Source: Bilabrum cf. latius
Lineage: Eukaryota
Assembly: GCA_965178125.1 (NCBI GenBank)
Contig: OZ237737.1
Span: 62,001-126,000, forward strand
Length of the DNA stretch: 64,000 nucleotides
Reading direction: 5' to 3'
Under the pieces are notes generated by a model, which saw only the letters and a list, made by a program, of their open reading frames with translations, did not search any database and was not told where the DNA came from. The position numbers were made by a program, and so were the translations under genes. Shown here piece after piece: positions 1-11,700 of this stretch (position 1 is its first letter; each line of letters opens with the position of its first letter).

Positions 1-1520
1 TGCTGTCTCGAGCCGCGAACTCCCCTCGCACTGGTATGCTCCCGCCCGAGGTGGACCCGGCGCCGCCCGCTCCAGGAGCCCCGCCCGACCCCGCGGCTGC
101 GGCCGGTGGGTTCATCATCTGCTGGAATGCCGCCGCCGCCGCGCTGCCCTCTTGCGCCTGTCTCGCCGGGTCCTGCGACAGCACCAGCACGTGGCCCGCC
201 CGACCCCTGGCCTGGTCCGTGCCGACCGCGATGTCCCCGTTTGGCAGGCCAGCGATGGCCCACGGCACTCCCGGGAGTGCCACTGCCTGCAGCAGCTCCA
301 GATCCAGGGAAAATAGGCGCAAGCACCGGTCGTCCGACCCCACCGCGATCACCGCCCCGCCTGGAGCATCAGGGCGCGCGATGCAGGCCACCGCGAAGGT
401 GAACACCCCCTGCCCCGCGGCGGTGGCCTCTCGAGAGACCGCCACGCAGCCCTTGGCCGCCCCGTTCCTGGTCCACAGCCTCAGATTCCCGTCGTTGGAC
501 ACGGTGGCCAGGGCGGGTGGGCCCTTGGCCAGGCTCCCGTCGGGCCCCTTGGCCTCCTCCTCGGGCAGCTGGCTCGAAGGCAGGGCGCACACGGCACGCA
601 CAGCGAGGTCATGCTCCTCGCAGCACCGCTCCAGCACGAACCCAGCCAGCGCTGCCTCGGCCACTTTCTCCTTCCCGCTGTCCCCACCTGCCGCCCCCTC
701 TCCCCCTCCCCCCCCCCCTTGGAGCCCCTTGAGGGGGACCGGCTTCCACATGCGCAGGCACGCCCCGGCGTACCCTTGCCCTTGCTTGCGACCAGCCGCC
801 GCCGCCGCCACCCTTCCGTCCGCCAGCACCACGGCGGGCGTCCCATTGTCGCTGCCCTCGTGCCTGTGAAGCTTCTCCCCCGTCTCGAGGTCCACCACGC
901 TCCACGCGCCGTCCTGCCCGCCAGTCAGGAGCAGATCGCGGCCGGGGACGCCCCAGGCTCGCGCAGCGGATTCGGGCACCTGCTGCATGCTCATCACACC
1001 GGCGAGCATGTCCGTGTTCCGCGGGTGCACGACGATCTCGTGCTCAACCTTGAACTCGCCCGCGGGCGGACCATCACGGGGCTTGCCACTGGCAGCGCCG
1101 TCTCCCTCAGCGGCTGGTTTGGATGCACCGGCGGCTCCCAGCTCTGCTTTCGCGTCTTCCCACTTGTATATTCGCACGATTCCCCGAAGGTCCCCCGTCG
1201 CGATCCGGTTTTTGGTGAGGGGGCATACGGCGCGAACCATTGCCACGCTGCCGGGAACGGAGCCAACCATTTCAACCAAAGGCTACTCCTGCGAAGCAAC
1301 AGCCGCCCCCGCTGCCGAAGCTATTGCACCAGACGATGAGTGTTCTTGCGACTCCACAATTCTGGCTATATTGGCCATGGAATCGTCTCCACCCGAGATT
1401 AGGCCGCCACTTGGGAAAAGATCGCCTTTGCCTGGAGGAATGGACTGAAGCGCATGAACCTGCGGTGGTATTGGAACTCACATTTTGATTCTAAGCAGAT
1501 TGATCTAAACGAGAGGTCAT
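1..1520 (-). CDS. PLAA: PLAA/Doa1(Ufd3)-like WD40 protein, 5' part; runs off the left edge. Exons 1520-1482 and 1459-<1
   Basis: Manual translation (absent from the ORF track): MTSRLDQSA*NQN|VHALQSIPPGKGDLFPSGGLISGGDDSMANI...HDLAVRAVCALP...ATVSNDGNLRLWT...VGSDDRCLRLF...QAVALPGVPWAIAGLPNGDIAVGTD...VLSQDPARQA. This matches the PLAA/Doa1 WD40 region as I recall it. In-frame TAG at 1491-1493 and 1283-1285; 22-nt intron at 1460-1481. Confidence 0.75.
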
Positions 1521-1800
1521 CGATTTCGTCTACTACGCAGCAACTACACTTGCACACTCACGGCCTGCTCGTGTTCCGGCACGACAACAGAGGCAAACTT
1601 GAAGGCCAAAAACTCTTTGGTCTCTCCTTCTGCCCCTAACTTGAGCTTATCTACTGCATCACTAGATTCTGACATGAAAAGTCACGATCTGCTGGCTAGA
1701 ATGCGCGCCTTTTCGTGCTTTCGCCGACCTCAGCTTGTTGCATCCGGAGCCAGAATAATAACCACACCGACTGCATCCTTTTACAGGACGATTGACGATA

Positions 1801-3946
1801 ATGCGCCTGTTGATCCTGGCCGGATTTGCTTGCTTTGCGAATGCGCTGGCTCCAGGTTCCAAGCCTCACGTTGTAGTAATGCTAGTCGACGACTGGGGCT
1901 GGGCCAACGCCGGATGGCATCGCGAGGCTGGATTCAACGAGAGTGCCACTCCCCACATGGACGAATTGGTCAAGGAAGGGATCGAGTTGAATCATCACTA
2001 CGTTTTTAAGTTTTGTTCACCGAGTCGCTGTGCAACGCTCTCTGGCAGAAACCCTGTGAGAGATGCGATGGAGTCGCGGCGGAACTTGCGTCGCCCTAGT
2101 TGCCTGATAGCGCGTTCGAGAGCTGATCTATTTGGCAAGACCTATCGAATCTGCACTTAATTGGCTGCCGTTTGGTGACATCGGTCCATCTCCCGCAGGT
2201 CCATGTGAACACAAATAACATTGACCCGAGCTTTTGGAACCCCGCCGACCCTGTTAGCGGCTACGCTGGAATTCCGAGAAACATGAGCACTTTTGCGAAC
2301 AAGCTCCAAGAAGCAGGCTACGAAACGCATGCGTATGGCAAGGTGAGGTGCTTCTGACTGTGTAGGCCGTGCACACGAACACGCGCCTCTTCGAGAACCT
2401 GCAAACTCCAACCCCGCGATCCGAACCTATTTCACCCCCTCAACGCCCCTGACACGATGTCCCCGCAGTGGGACGTGGGGATGGCCACCCCGGAGCACGC
2501 CCCTCGCGGCCGGGGGTTCGACCAGTCTCTCATCTACTTTCACCACGCGGAGGACTGCTGGCTGCAGACCCAGGGCCAGTGCAGCAACACCCCCATGCAC
2601 GACTTTTGGCTCGAGCCAAAGGGGCAAGAGGGGCGCCCCGCGCATGCCCTCATCTCGCAGAACCAGCGCCAGTGCAAGGAACAGTCCCCTGAGGAGCCCT
2701 TTCCCGCCAACGAGACGGGATGCGTGTACACGGACGCTGCCCTCACCCAGCAGATCAGCCGGGCGGTGCTGGACAGGGACCGCAGCAAGCCCCTGCTCAT
2801 GTACTGGGCCAGCCGCATCGTGCACGGGTCCTTGCAGGTGCCGCAGGCGTACTTCGACCGCTGGGCCGGCATACCGGACGGGCCGAGGAGGACGTACACG
2901 GCCATGGTCAGCTACATCGACGAGGCCATCGGCAACGTGACGCGGCTGTTCAAGGAGCAGGGCATGTGGAACGACACCGTGTTCATCCTTTAGTCGGACA
3001 ATGGGGGCCCAGGGAATGCCAACAACTACCCGTGAGACAACCGATTCCATGCTTCGTGTTTGTTGCACCAATTGACTGCCCTCCCCACGCGAAGTGCCAC
3101 TCCCCTTGTGTCACCCCTTGTTCCTCCCGCAGCATGAGGGGAGGCAAGTTCAGTAACTGGCAGTGAGACCTCCAGTCAGTCTCGGCTGCCCCGATTTGAC
3201 CTATCTGAATCGTTGCGCGCCACTCTCGTGCATTGTTCATCTGTCCCAAGCTCGCACTCCCCGCCCCCACCGTCCACACCCCACCCACACCACGCAGGGG
3301 CGGCGTGAGAGTGAACGGCTTCGTGTCTGGCGGGGCACTGCCCCCCTCGGTGCGAGGCATCAAGACAGAGGCGCTCACCACCGCCTGGGACATCTACGGC
3401 ACCGTGTGCGACCTGGCAGGGGTTGACCCCACGGACCACCGCGCCAAGGCGGCGGGACTGCCCCCTGTGGACTCGGTCAGCTGGATGCCGCTGCTCTCGG
3501 GGGCCTCCAACGACACGGGTCGCAACCAGGTGGCTCTCGGGCACGGGTGCTACTTCTGCGGGGACTTCCACGACCTGACCACGAACGCCACGGTGGGCGG
3601 CATGGTCCGTCGCTTCGAGGACGGCAAGACGTGGAAGCTGCTCCTGGGGCAGGTGGACCAGTCGCACTGGGCCGGGCCATACACCCCCAACGGGACCGAT
3701 GTCCCCGACGATGTGGTGGACTGCGGGACGACTGGGTGCCTCTTCAATCTGGACGAGGACCCCGGGGAACACAGGGACCTCAGCAAGAAGGGCGAGCACG
3801 GGTCCGTGATCAAGCGGCTCGTTGATGACATCCGCACAGTGAACGGGACCGTCTTCAAGCCGGACCGCGGCAGCAAGTCGGACAAGGCCTGTCAGGCCGC
3901 CACGAGCGAGTACGGGGGCTTCTGGGGCCCCTTCGTGACGAGCTGA
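1801..3946 (+). CDS. Secreted arylsulfatase (ARSB-like, formylglycine-dependent). Exons 1801-2055, 2199-2342, 2469-3031, 3133-3162, 3298-3946
   Basis: Signal peptide, PHVVVMLVDDWGW, the CSPSR formylglycine motif, and GKWDVG, L*SDNGG and NYPMRGGKFSNWQGGVRV restored after splicing four GTGAG..GCAG introns. In-frame TAG at 2991; ends TGA. Confidence 0.92.
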
Positions 3947-3983
3947 GGATCAACTTGAATGCACGCCCGGTAGTCTACGGCAG

Positions 3984-4658
3984 TCACAGCATGCCATCCA
4001 GACGGTTGAGATCCTCGGCTGTGCACTGGTGCGGGGCCTCGTGAAAACATGTGATTCTCTCTTGTGGCAGTACCTTGAAGCTGGCGAAGTGCAAGCGAAT
4101 CTTGCTGTCAGGATACTCGCGGACCTCGCAGTCGGCCGCCTGCTCGTGCTGTGGGACGTAGTCGCCGCCTCCCTGCGCATCACCAGCCGACCCGCCTTCC
4201 GTACCCTTGGCAGCCACTTCAACCTATCGGATGAGCCGTTCTTCCATGTCTCTTGCACGGGCCCTAGCAGCCTTGTCCTCCTCGGTCTCGCCGAGCGAGA
4301 GCTCGTGCTCCTCAAACACTACATCTGCCACGCGCTCGGAACCGCCGGTTGCCAGGAACCGCTGCATCATTCCCGCCGTTAATTTATTACCCCTAAATTC
4401 ACCTACAACGTTGCTAGACGACTTTGCGACTTGCACCCACCCGAAGCCCGACAACGCGTCGGCCTCATCACGGACAGCCTCAATGAAGCTCACGCGGTCG
4501 GAACTTTTGCGCATAGAGCACTCGAAACGAAATCCAGTAAACCTATCTGTCATTTTCCAGCCTGGCATGATCCCTTCTTGGTCTGGTTGGGCAGCCCGTG
4601 TACCAACTCCCGTGAACAGCATTGCGAGCACACAGCACCACTGGCAGCGTAAATCCAT
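3984..4658 (-). CDS. Secreted acylphosphatase-like domain protein
   Basis: Signal peptide followed by GFRFE...FGWVQ...VVGEFRG, resembling the acylphosphatase fold. ORFs 4224-4658 and 3984-4217 join through TAG 4224-4226; ends TGA. Confidence 0.6.
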
Positions 4659-4815
4659 GTGCGCAACTTGAATGGGCTACGTCTGAGGAATAAATGCTGT
4701 ACCAATACACGTAAAACGGTTCGCAGTGCTGCGATACGTGTGGCCGGCAAGCACAGCCTTGTGCGTGCAGCGGTGCAGCGCAGTGCAACCGCGCCGACGG
4801 CGGCGCGCCGAGCTT

Positions 4816-6834
4816 TCAGTACTCGGTCAGCATGACGAGCTGCAGCGGATCCACCGTCACGTTGCACGGCACCGTAACCTCTCCCAAGCTTGTGTTGAAT
4901 GCCTCGGCAGAGAAGCCCCACGCTCGTAAGGTCCTTGGCTACCTATCGGCGAAGCTCAGCTCGGTCGTGAACGGCACCAGCCTATTCCGGTTCGTGAGTG
5001 CCACCCCCACCTTGCCCCCCGGGGTGACCCCGGCGTGCCAGGGCCCCCCTCGGCCCCCGCCTGGGGTCTCCCACGCCAGCACCCTCTGGTCCCTCCTCTC
5101 CGTGTCCTCGAGCACGTCCAGCCGCCAGCTGTCCCACGGGACCAGACGGGTGAAGGGTAGCATCGCGTTCGCGTTGAATGGATCCACCACGAACTCACCC
5201 TCCTGCAGCCCCTCGCACAGCGTGCCCGTGGCGTTGGGCCCCTTCCACAGGCTGAGTCCGTAACCCAGGCTCTCGATGTTCTGGCACGGCTTGGACGCGT
5301 GGATCCAGTAGAACGTCGGCGCGTTGGCAAACGTGAGCCAGTTCATCAGCATCTGCGCGGTGTTGATCGTAGAGAAGTTGCCATGTATCCCCCCCGGCTA
5401 GTATTCAAATTCGTTCTCAAAGACCGGCCGCCCCTGGCTCAGCTGCAGCAGCCCGCGCCCCTCGGCCCCGAACACCCGGTCCGATGACTGCCCCACAAAG
5501 TGCCACGTCCAGCCATCCACAAAGGGCAGGACCTCCGGGTCTAGCGCGATGGGCGATGCCCCCATCTGGCCCCTGGCGCTGTTGGCGTGTATGCGTGCCT
5601 GCGGGAAAGCCTTTTTGACCTTGGGCGCGACTGCCTTGAATGCGTCGTAGTACTGGCACTGCGAGTAGGAGCACGTCGAGTAAGTGGAGCCCAGGATCGG
5701 ATCACTCGATTGGCCCCTGGATTGTTCCCTGTCCATGCTCCTCCTCGCCTCCGTTCCCTGCTTGCATTGCGATGGATGCACGATGCTGGACTCGAAGTTG
5801 GGCTCGTTCTGCAGGCCCCACCACGACACGTTCAGGCCGTTCTGCCGGAGGTACTCTAGGTCCTAGACCACCGCATCCCCGAATACATCCAGGAAGGACT
5901 AGTTGAAGCCCGCCAGCGACCCCCCGATGTAGACCCCGTTGTTCTTCCAGGCCGGGGCGGGCGACCAGTACTCGACCTCGAAGCCCTCGAGCCCGCTGGC
6001 AGTCTGCATCTGCAGCAGCTCCTGCATCTGGGTCGGCCACCTCCCCACGACGTGCTCCCTGGAGGGGTCTAGTCCCCTCAGGAAGAGTCCCAGGGCCAGC
6101 CTGCACCACCTGAACCCCTTGGTGATCTGCTCGAAGAAACGGGCCTTCTCGGGGCCGGTCAGGTCGTGTGGGACTGAGGATGTGCTGTTGGGCAGTCCGC
6201 GGTTGTCGCTGCCGATCGAATCGGACTGGATCTCGTACCCAAACCCCTCGATGCGCTGCCTGCGGCCGGCAGCCGAGGCGTCCACCACGAAGCGGCCGCT
6301 CGAAGGAGGTATGTTGCCCCAGGCCAGGCACAGCGCGGAGTCGCTGGACGACGGACTTGCAGGGCGTATCGTGCTATCGGTTAGGTTCAGCTACCAATCC
6401 TGATGGCCTTTGGCGTAGAGTCCGCCGGTCTGGCAGCCCGACAACGTAGCTATCGCACCAACGTCAAGGCTGGTCACGGTGAGGCACTGCGAGCCGTCTC
6501 CGTACTTGAGCATGGTACCATCCCACGCCCAATGACCGAGAGATTTCTCCTTAGACCACGCGATCGAGTGCAGCACGACAGAATCAATGCCGGCTCCATC
6601 TTGAGCCAGACACACGGTGCCTGATGATTTGCCAACCACACCTTGAATGGAGCATTGGCTGTCCGAACCCGTTGTAAAATGCCCGCCCTATTGCAGCGAT
6701 GAGACAGATGGCCCAGGCAAGTGCGCACAGTCTGCTAGAAATGCCGGTTCCAGCGATGACGCGGCGGCCGTACTGCAGCTAACGGCTGCGAGGGCGGAGG
6801 CTGCGCACACTAGAGCGCTGCGGCTCCTCATCAT
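4816..6834 (-). CDS. Secreted GH30-like glycoside hydrolase with an N-terminal ricin-B-like lectin domain
   Basis: Signal peptide; ricin-like QCLTV...GC...HQDW*L; QRIEGFG, WSPAPAWKNN, WGLQNEP (acid/base Glu) and FENEFEY (nucleophile-like Glu). One frame through TAGs at 6688, 6391, 5899, 5863, 5398 and 4939; ends TGA at 4816-4818. Confidence 0.78.
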
Positions 6835-7040
6835 GAGAGTATAGTCTAATTTTAATCCGAATGTATCGGGTGCGAGCGATGCGAAACGCAGATGCACTGG
6901 TGAACGAATCTTTCTTTGAGCTTGCAACCGCCCGGAACCCGAGCCGTGGGTTCGCGCCCGTGCAGGCCTCGACGCGAGCCCAACTTCTGGCTCGTGCAAA
7001 ATTAAGCCACCAACGACCCTCCTAGACCTGTCATGCCCCC

Positions 7041-7985
7041 TCACTGCACGAACTTTGCCATGAACCGCCTGTGGAAATCGTTCCTCACAGTGTCGTTGAT
7101 GAACCGCTTGCCCGGGTGCGTCGCGGCGCCCCTCATCTGGTTGCGAAACACAACGTCCTCGTCCCAGCGAGGCTGCCGGCCCCCCGCCGATGAGGAGGGC
7201 GAGGAGGAGGAGGCAGCCTGCGATGATGATCCGGTCGTGGCGCCCGTGGCTGCTGCCCCTGCCCCCATCCCCGCGCCGAAGCTGCCGGCCAGCAGCGGGT
7301 TGCTCGACGCAGCCGCCATTTCCTCCTCTCTCGCCCTGCGCGCCTTGTCGGCTTCCTCCTGCAGCCGCTGCTTGGCTGCCTTCTCGGCCCGCAGCTTGGC
7401 TAGCTCCCGCCGGAGGGCCTCTTCGTCGTCGCTGTCGCTGTCAGATTCAGAGTCGTCGCTGTCGCTTTCATACCGCATAGCCTATCCATTGCCAGCCGCG
7501 GCCTTGGCTCTCGCTGGAGGCTACCGGAATTCCACGTCCGCGTCGTCGAATCGGCGAACGATGCCTAGCTCGGCGGGTGACAAAGACACGCTGGTACTGG
7601 CTGCCAGCGCTGATACCCTTTCCTTGCTGGGGGGCTCTCCCCTTACGAGCGCCCTAGTCCAAGGTGCTGCTCCAAAATCTCGCTCTGCTGCTGGTGCACT
7701 TGCCCTTGCTTGGCGTGATTGTCCCTCAAGCTTGCCTGGCTGTGGTAAGGAAGGCAGCATCGCTGCGGCACCCGAGCCTGCATGCGCCTCTCGCTATAAC
7801 AGCTGCTATTTCAACTCTTCTCGTGAAAGTCGAGAGGTGGTATCGGTGTCCGTGCGGACTTTCATCGTGAGCTGTCCGGGAGGCGCTCTTGAGCTCAAGA
7901 GTGGGCCACCAAACTGCCCTCTACCCTCGCTCAGTACTGAAGCAGACCCATTTCCACGCTTTGCTTTGTCTTGAGCAAGATGCAT
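7041..7985 (-). CDS. CWC15: Spliceosome-associated protein Cwc15/Cwf15
   Basis: C-terminal RWDEDVVFRNQ...RFINDTVRNDFHRRFM and DDEEALRRELAKLRAE. The N-terminal SSRAPPGQLTMKVR...REELK segment is recovered only by reading through TAGs at 7806, 7794, 7521 and 7482; ends TGA. Confidence 0.88.
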
Positions 7986-8177
7986 GCTGCTACGATCAAG
8001 ACTTATGCAGTGAATCGTCGCGAGGGCCGATTTTTCGGCGCCGCGCTGTTTAGCGGAACTAGTGAGACGTTGCCTGGGCTGAGGTGAGCAGCGAGCAAAG
8101 CTACCACATTAATTACTCAACATGCCCTGGCATTCAAATGCGAGGGCTGCCCGAGCTTGCGCACACACGCACGCAGA

Positions 8178-8229
<52 letters not shown>
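8178..8229. repeat. (AAGC)13 tetranucleotide microsatellite
   Basis: Perfect AAGC tandem array between the carrier stop and the Cwc15 start. A shorter array lies near 55555-55572. Confidence 0.95.
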
Positions 8230-8232
<3 letters not shown>

Positions 8233-8300
8233 GCCTTGGGTGCAAGGCACCGTCGCCAGCACCAGTAGCAGCAGGCAGTACAAGCACCTGAGAGTCCGAG

Positions 8301-9916
8301 TCACTTGACGGCCAGCTGCCCCTTAAACGCTTCATACGCGGAGTTCATGATGCCCCACCCGGCCGCAGACCGCCCGAAGTTCAGCGCAGCACCCCTGTAC
8401 AGCCCCCGGAGCCCCCTCCTCTGCACGAGGGCGCGGATGGCACCCGCGGGAGACAGGAAGGGGAGCGGGGCTCCTGCGCGGATAGGCACCTGCGCCTGCA
8501 CCCACGCCTTGGCAGTGGCCAGCGGGAGCAGGGCGGTAGAGATGCTAGCCCCGAGGAGCCCTCCCCCGGCGAAGTCGCAGGCCCAACCCGGCGCCCAAGG
8601 AGCCCCCTGCGCCACCGCGCCCCGGGCTCTGTCCCTCAGCCCGAAGAACAGCGCATTCGAGAGAACGTTCCTCGTGGCGATGATCTGCCACCCGCGGTAC
8701 AGCTCCAGACCCCCTTTGGACCGCAGCAGCCAGGCAGCCACGGCCAGGGTGCCCCCCCCGCGGGGAGGAACCACCCCGTGCCCCTGCCCGTGGTGGGGCC
8801 TACGCCACCCGCGCCCCACACCCCAGAGGGCAAGCCTGCCGGCCGGCGCATGATTCGCGGCCGTGCTGGACGTGCCTCGGTAGCTCCCAGCATGCATCGC
8901 AGCGCCAGCTCCAGCCCCTGTGCCAGTGCCTGCCGCCACCGAGCACACGTGGCTGGCTCGCGCCATCACTGGGGCTGCGGCCCACGGCCTCGTCCTAGTC
9001 CTGGCCCTGGCCCGACCCCTGCGGCCCTGCGAGCCGGAAAGGCCCTTTGAAGACATGCTGCTTCCTAGAGGAGGCATGGTCCCGGTGTTTGGCGCCGGGG
9101 CGGCCCTGGGCCCCCCCGCCGCCACCCCAAAGGTGCCCGATTTGGAAGCGAGGATGCTCTGGACCCGCTCGAAGGGAGCCAGGGTGCTCTCCAGGAGGCC
9201 GCTGCCCGTTGCAGCGAACAGCGCAACGGACGGAGATGTGCTTGCTAGTCCGGTTGCCTCGGATGCCCTTCGTCTCAGAGTTTCGTTGGCTCCAAACATG
9301 ACAGACACCTGCAAGGATCGCTGCATCAGGGGAGGTGAAACCCCCATCCAAAGCTCTCCAACGCCTTCCTTCGCCAACTGGGCCATCTGTCGTGATACTG
9401 TTGTGCCTTCTGCCTGCAAAATATAATAATAAAACAAAATGAAAGCTGATTTATGGGACAAAAGGTGCATGGCGGCATACCTGGGCTCGAAACATTCGGT
9501 GTAGCCAAGTGCAACTGCGGTGATCAACGGGCGATCTTGTGGCTTTCACCGGCCGCTAAAACTGCAATCACGGTCAAAATTCCAAGATAGTACAACATCT
9601 ACCATAAAATACTGATATGTCATAGTATGTGAGCCCTCTATCCACGATATGAGTCAAAATAAAATCTGGCGGCCTACCAACGTGACAGACGCGCTGTCTA
9701 CGTGGCACGTCGCACCCACGCCTGCACATAACTCACCTGAGCGCGAAATACAGTCTTGAAAGCTGGATATGTTAAAATTATATTCGTAGCACTCGCTAAG
9801 AATCCAGCAACACCCTCTGTGGAGGGAGCATAGTGCGCTGAAGATGCCAGCCGGCCGAATAGTGAGGTTGCTTGGTCGTGTTCATGCTTGCACACGCCAT
9901 TTCGGACGTGCGCCAT
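8301..9916 (-). CDS. Mitochondrial carrier, SLC25A51/52 (MCART1)-like. Exons 9916-9737 and 9413-8301
   Basis: YPAFKTVFRAQ|AEG, PPLMQRSLQVSVMFG, PFERVQSIL, YRG..I..RNVLSNALFFGLR, DFAGGGLLGA and LYRGAALNFGRSAAGWGIMNSAYE closely follow SLC25A51 as I recall it. Intron 9414-9736; ends TGA. Confidence 0.82.
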
Positions 9917-10159
9917 TGTTGCAACCAACTTTAAATACTATCGTAGCCACGATGCTGACTAGACTATAGGCTTGTATCTTCTGGTTCGTGTCAGAGTGGA
10001 CTGCCGAGACGCGTCTCCGATAAACGTTGCTGCAGTCCGAACTGCACCCAACCTCAACAGCTATACCAGACTCGGTAGCGAGCCATGAGGGGTACTTCGA
10101 AATGGCACACACAGGTCTAGTAGTTGTACAAGAGCGTGTGATACCAATTCCACCGTATG

Positions 10160-11581
10160 TTAGCTGCCAGATTCACCGCCACACACGATCTCCACATGTA
10201 CCCTGGGCGCCTCACACGGCAGCACGCTCACTGGGGCGGCCCGTCTCACCATGTCGGCCGCACTCATGCGCTGGAGCTCCACCACATCCACCCAGCCCGT
10301 AGGGAGCGCCCCAGATGCATCCGAACCATTGCGCAGCCCACACACAGCTGAGCCACCCAGGGGTATTCCCCAGAGACCCCTTGGCAAGTCACCCCCGCCG
10401 CGGGGATCGAGCACAGGGACCAGCACAGAGCACCTGTACGTCGCATCGATGGCCGCCCGCTGGCCCGGCCTCCACCCCCCCCTTAGTGGGGGGGCATCAC
10501 ACTCCGGGTCCACGAGTGCAAACGGCGTGCATGCCTCCAGGTCGAGCCGCACGCCCGCCACCAGCGCGATCGAGGGCGCATCGGCACATCCGCCCGGGCC
10601 AGCCGGCGGGCCGTCCTATCTGCCGCTGGATGCTGCTACAGATCGAGCCTTCGCTGGGGCCTCCTCCTACTCCTACTCCTCGGGCTCAGTCGATGACGCA
10701 ATCTCCGCCCCAGAGGCCGCGCCGCCCTCGTCCTCGTCCTCGCCCTCGTCCTCGTCCTCGTCCTCGCCCTCGTCCTCGTCCTCGCGCGGTGGCTGTGCCA
10801 GGCCGACGCCCAGGCACACCGACACGCGGACCGGGTGCCCCCCCGCCGCTGCTGGCACCAGCATCCAACCGCGGTCCCTCAGCACCTCCTGCTCACTCAG
10901 CCCCTGCACCGCATCCAGAGAGGCCCCTCCCGCCCTGGTGCGCCCGCAGCACGAGAGGGCCTCGAGTGCGGCAGACACGTCGGACCAGTGCACCGCGCTG
11001 GGGGCTGGGGCCTTGTCTGCAGGCGCGGCGGCTTCCTAGGGTATTTCGTGGCTGCATAGTGTAGATCGGATCTGGCAGGCAAGCAGGGCAACTAGCCCGC
11101 CGATCCTCGCCTCTGATCCGTTCAACACCGTGCCGTCCACTGCGAGGCTGTCTCTCTCGAAGTCCCGCTGCACCTGGTCGCAAGTCTCATCCACTTTGCC
11201 ACCGTACTAGCTCACTACGGATCGATCTATCGCGATGCCCCAAGGAATTCTTGGGCCGGTGACCCCGCCAGGCTCTGCTAGCCGCACCAATGTCTCTAGG
11301 CGTCCGCAGGCCCTGGCCGCAGCAAGGAGGCCTGTATCCGATGTAGCAGTTGCGGGCTCGCTGCCTGCCGTAAACGACACATTGTATCCACGAGTGACCC
11401 GGTCAGCATACGCTTGAAAGTCCTTTCGCGTGGGAGACTGCGCCATTGCCTGCCTCTCTCGCAGCTCACCAGCAATATCGTGTTGCTCCATTTTGTCAAC
11501 ATGAATAATCCCGCCCAGAAGTCTGCACAAAAGATGAATTGTCATTCTTGAATACGCATCGCTCCATTCATTCAAATCCAT
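10160..11581 (-). CDS. Hypothetical protein (~470 aa) with an acidic tract
   Basis: ORFs 11207-11581, 10673-10993 and 10160-10561 share one frame joined by TAGs at 11207, 11036, 10673, 10667 and 10616; ends TAA. No family recognised. Confidence 0.6.
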
Positions 11582-11700
11582 GTCCTGAACGCCTGCAGTG
11601 GCGGACTTGCAGTTGGTTACAATCAGAATGTGACGATTTGCTACCTTTTCCCAAGCAATTTAAACCGAGCACACATCGCTGAACTTACAAGTAAAAACCC

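Noticed and set aside
6840-7030. Possible tRNA (e.g. a CUA suppressor) in intergenic DNA
   Set aside because: A GGTTCG-like stretch is present, but I could not build a cloverleaf. No tRNA or rRNA was recognised in the window; tRNAscan-SE would settle this.
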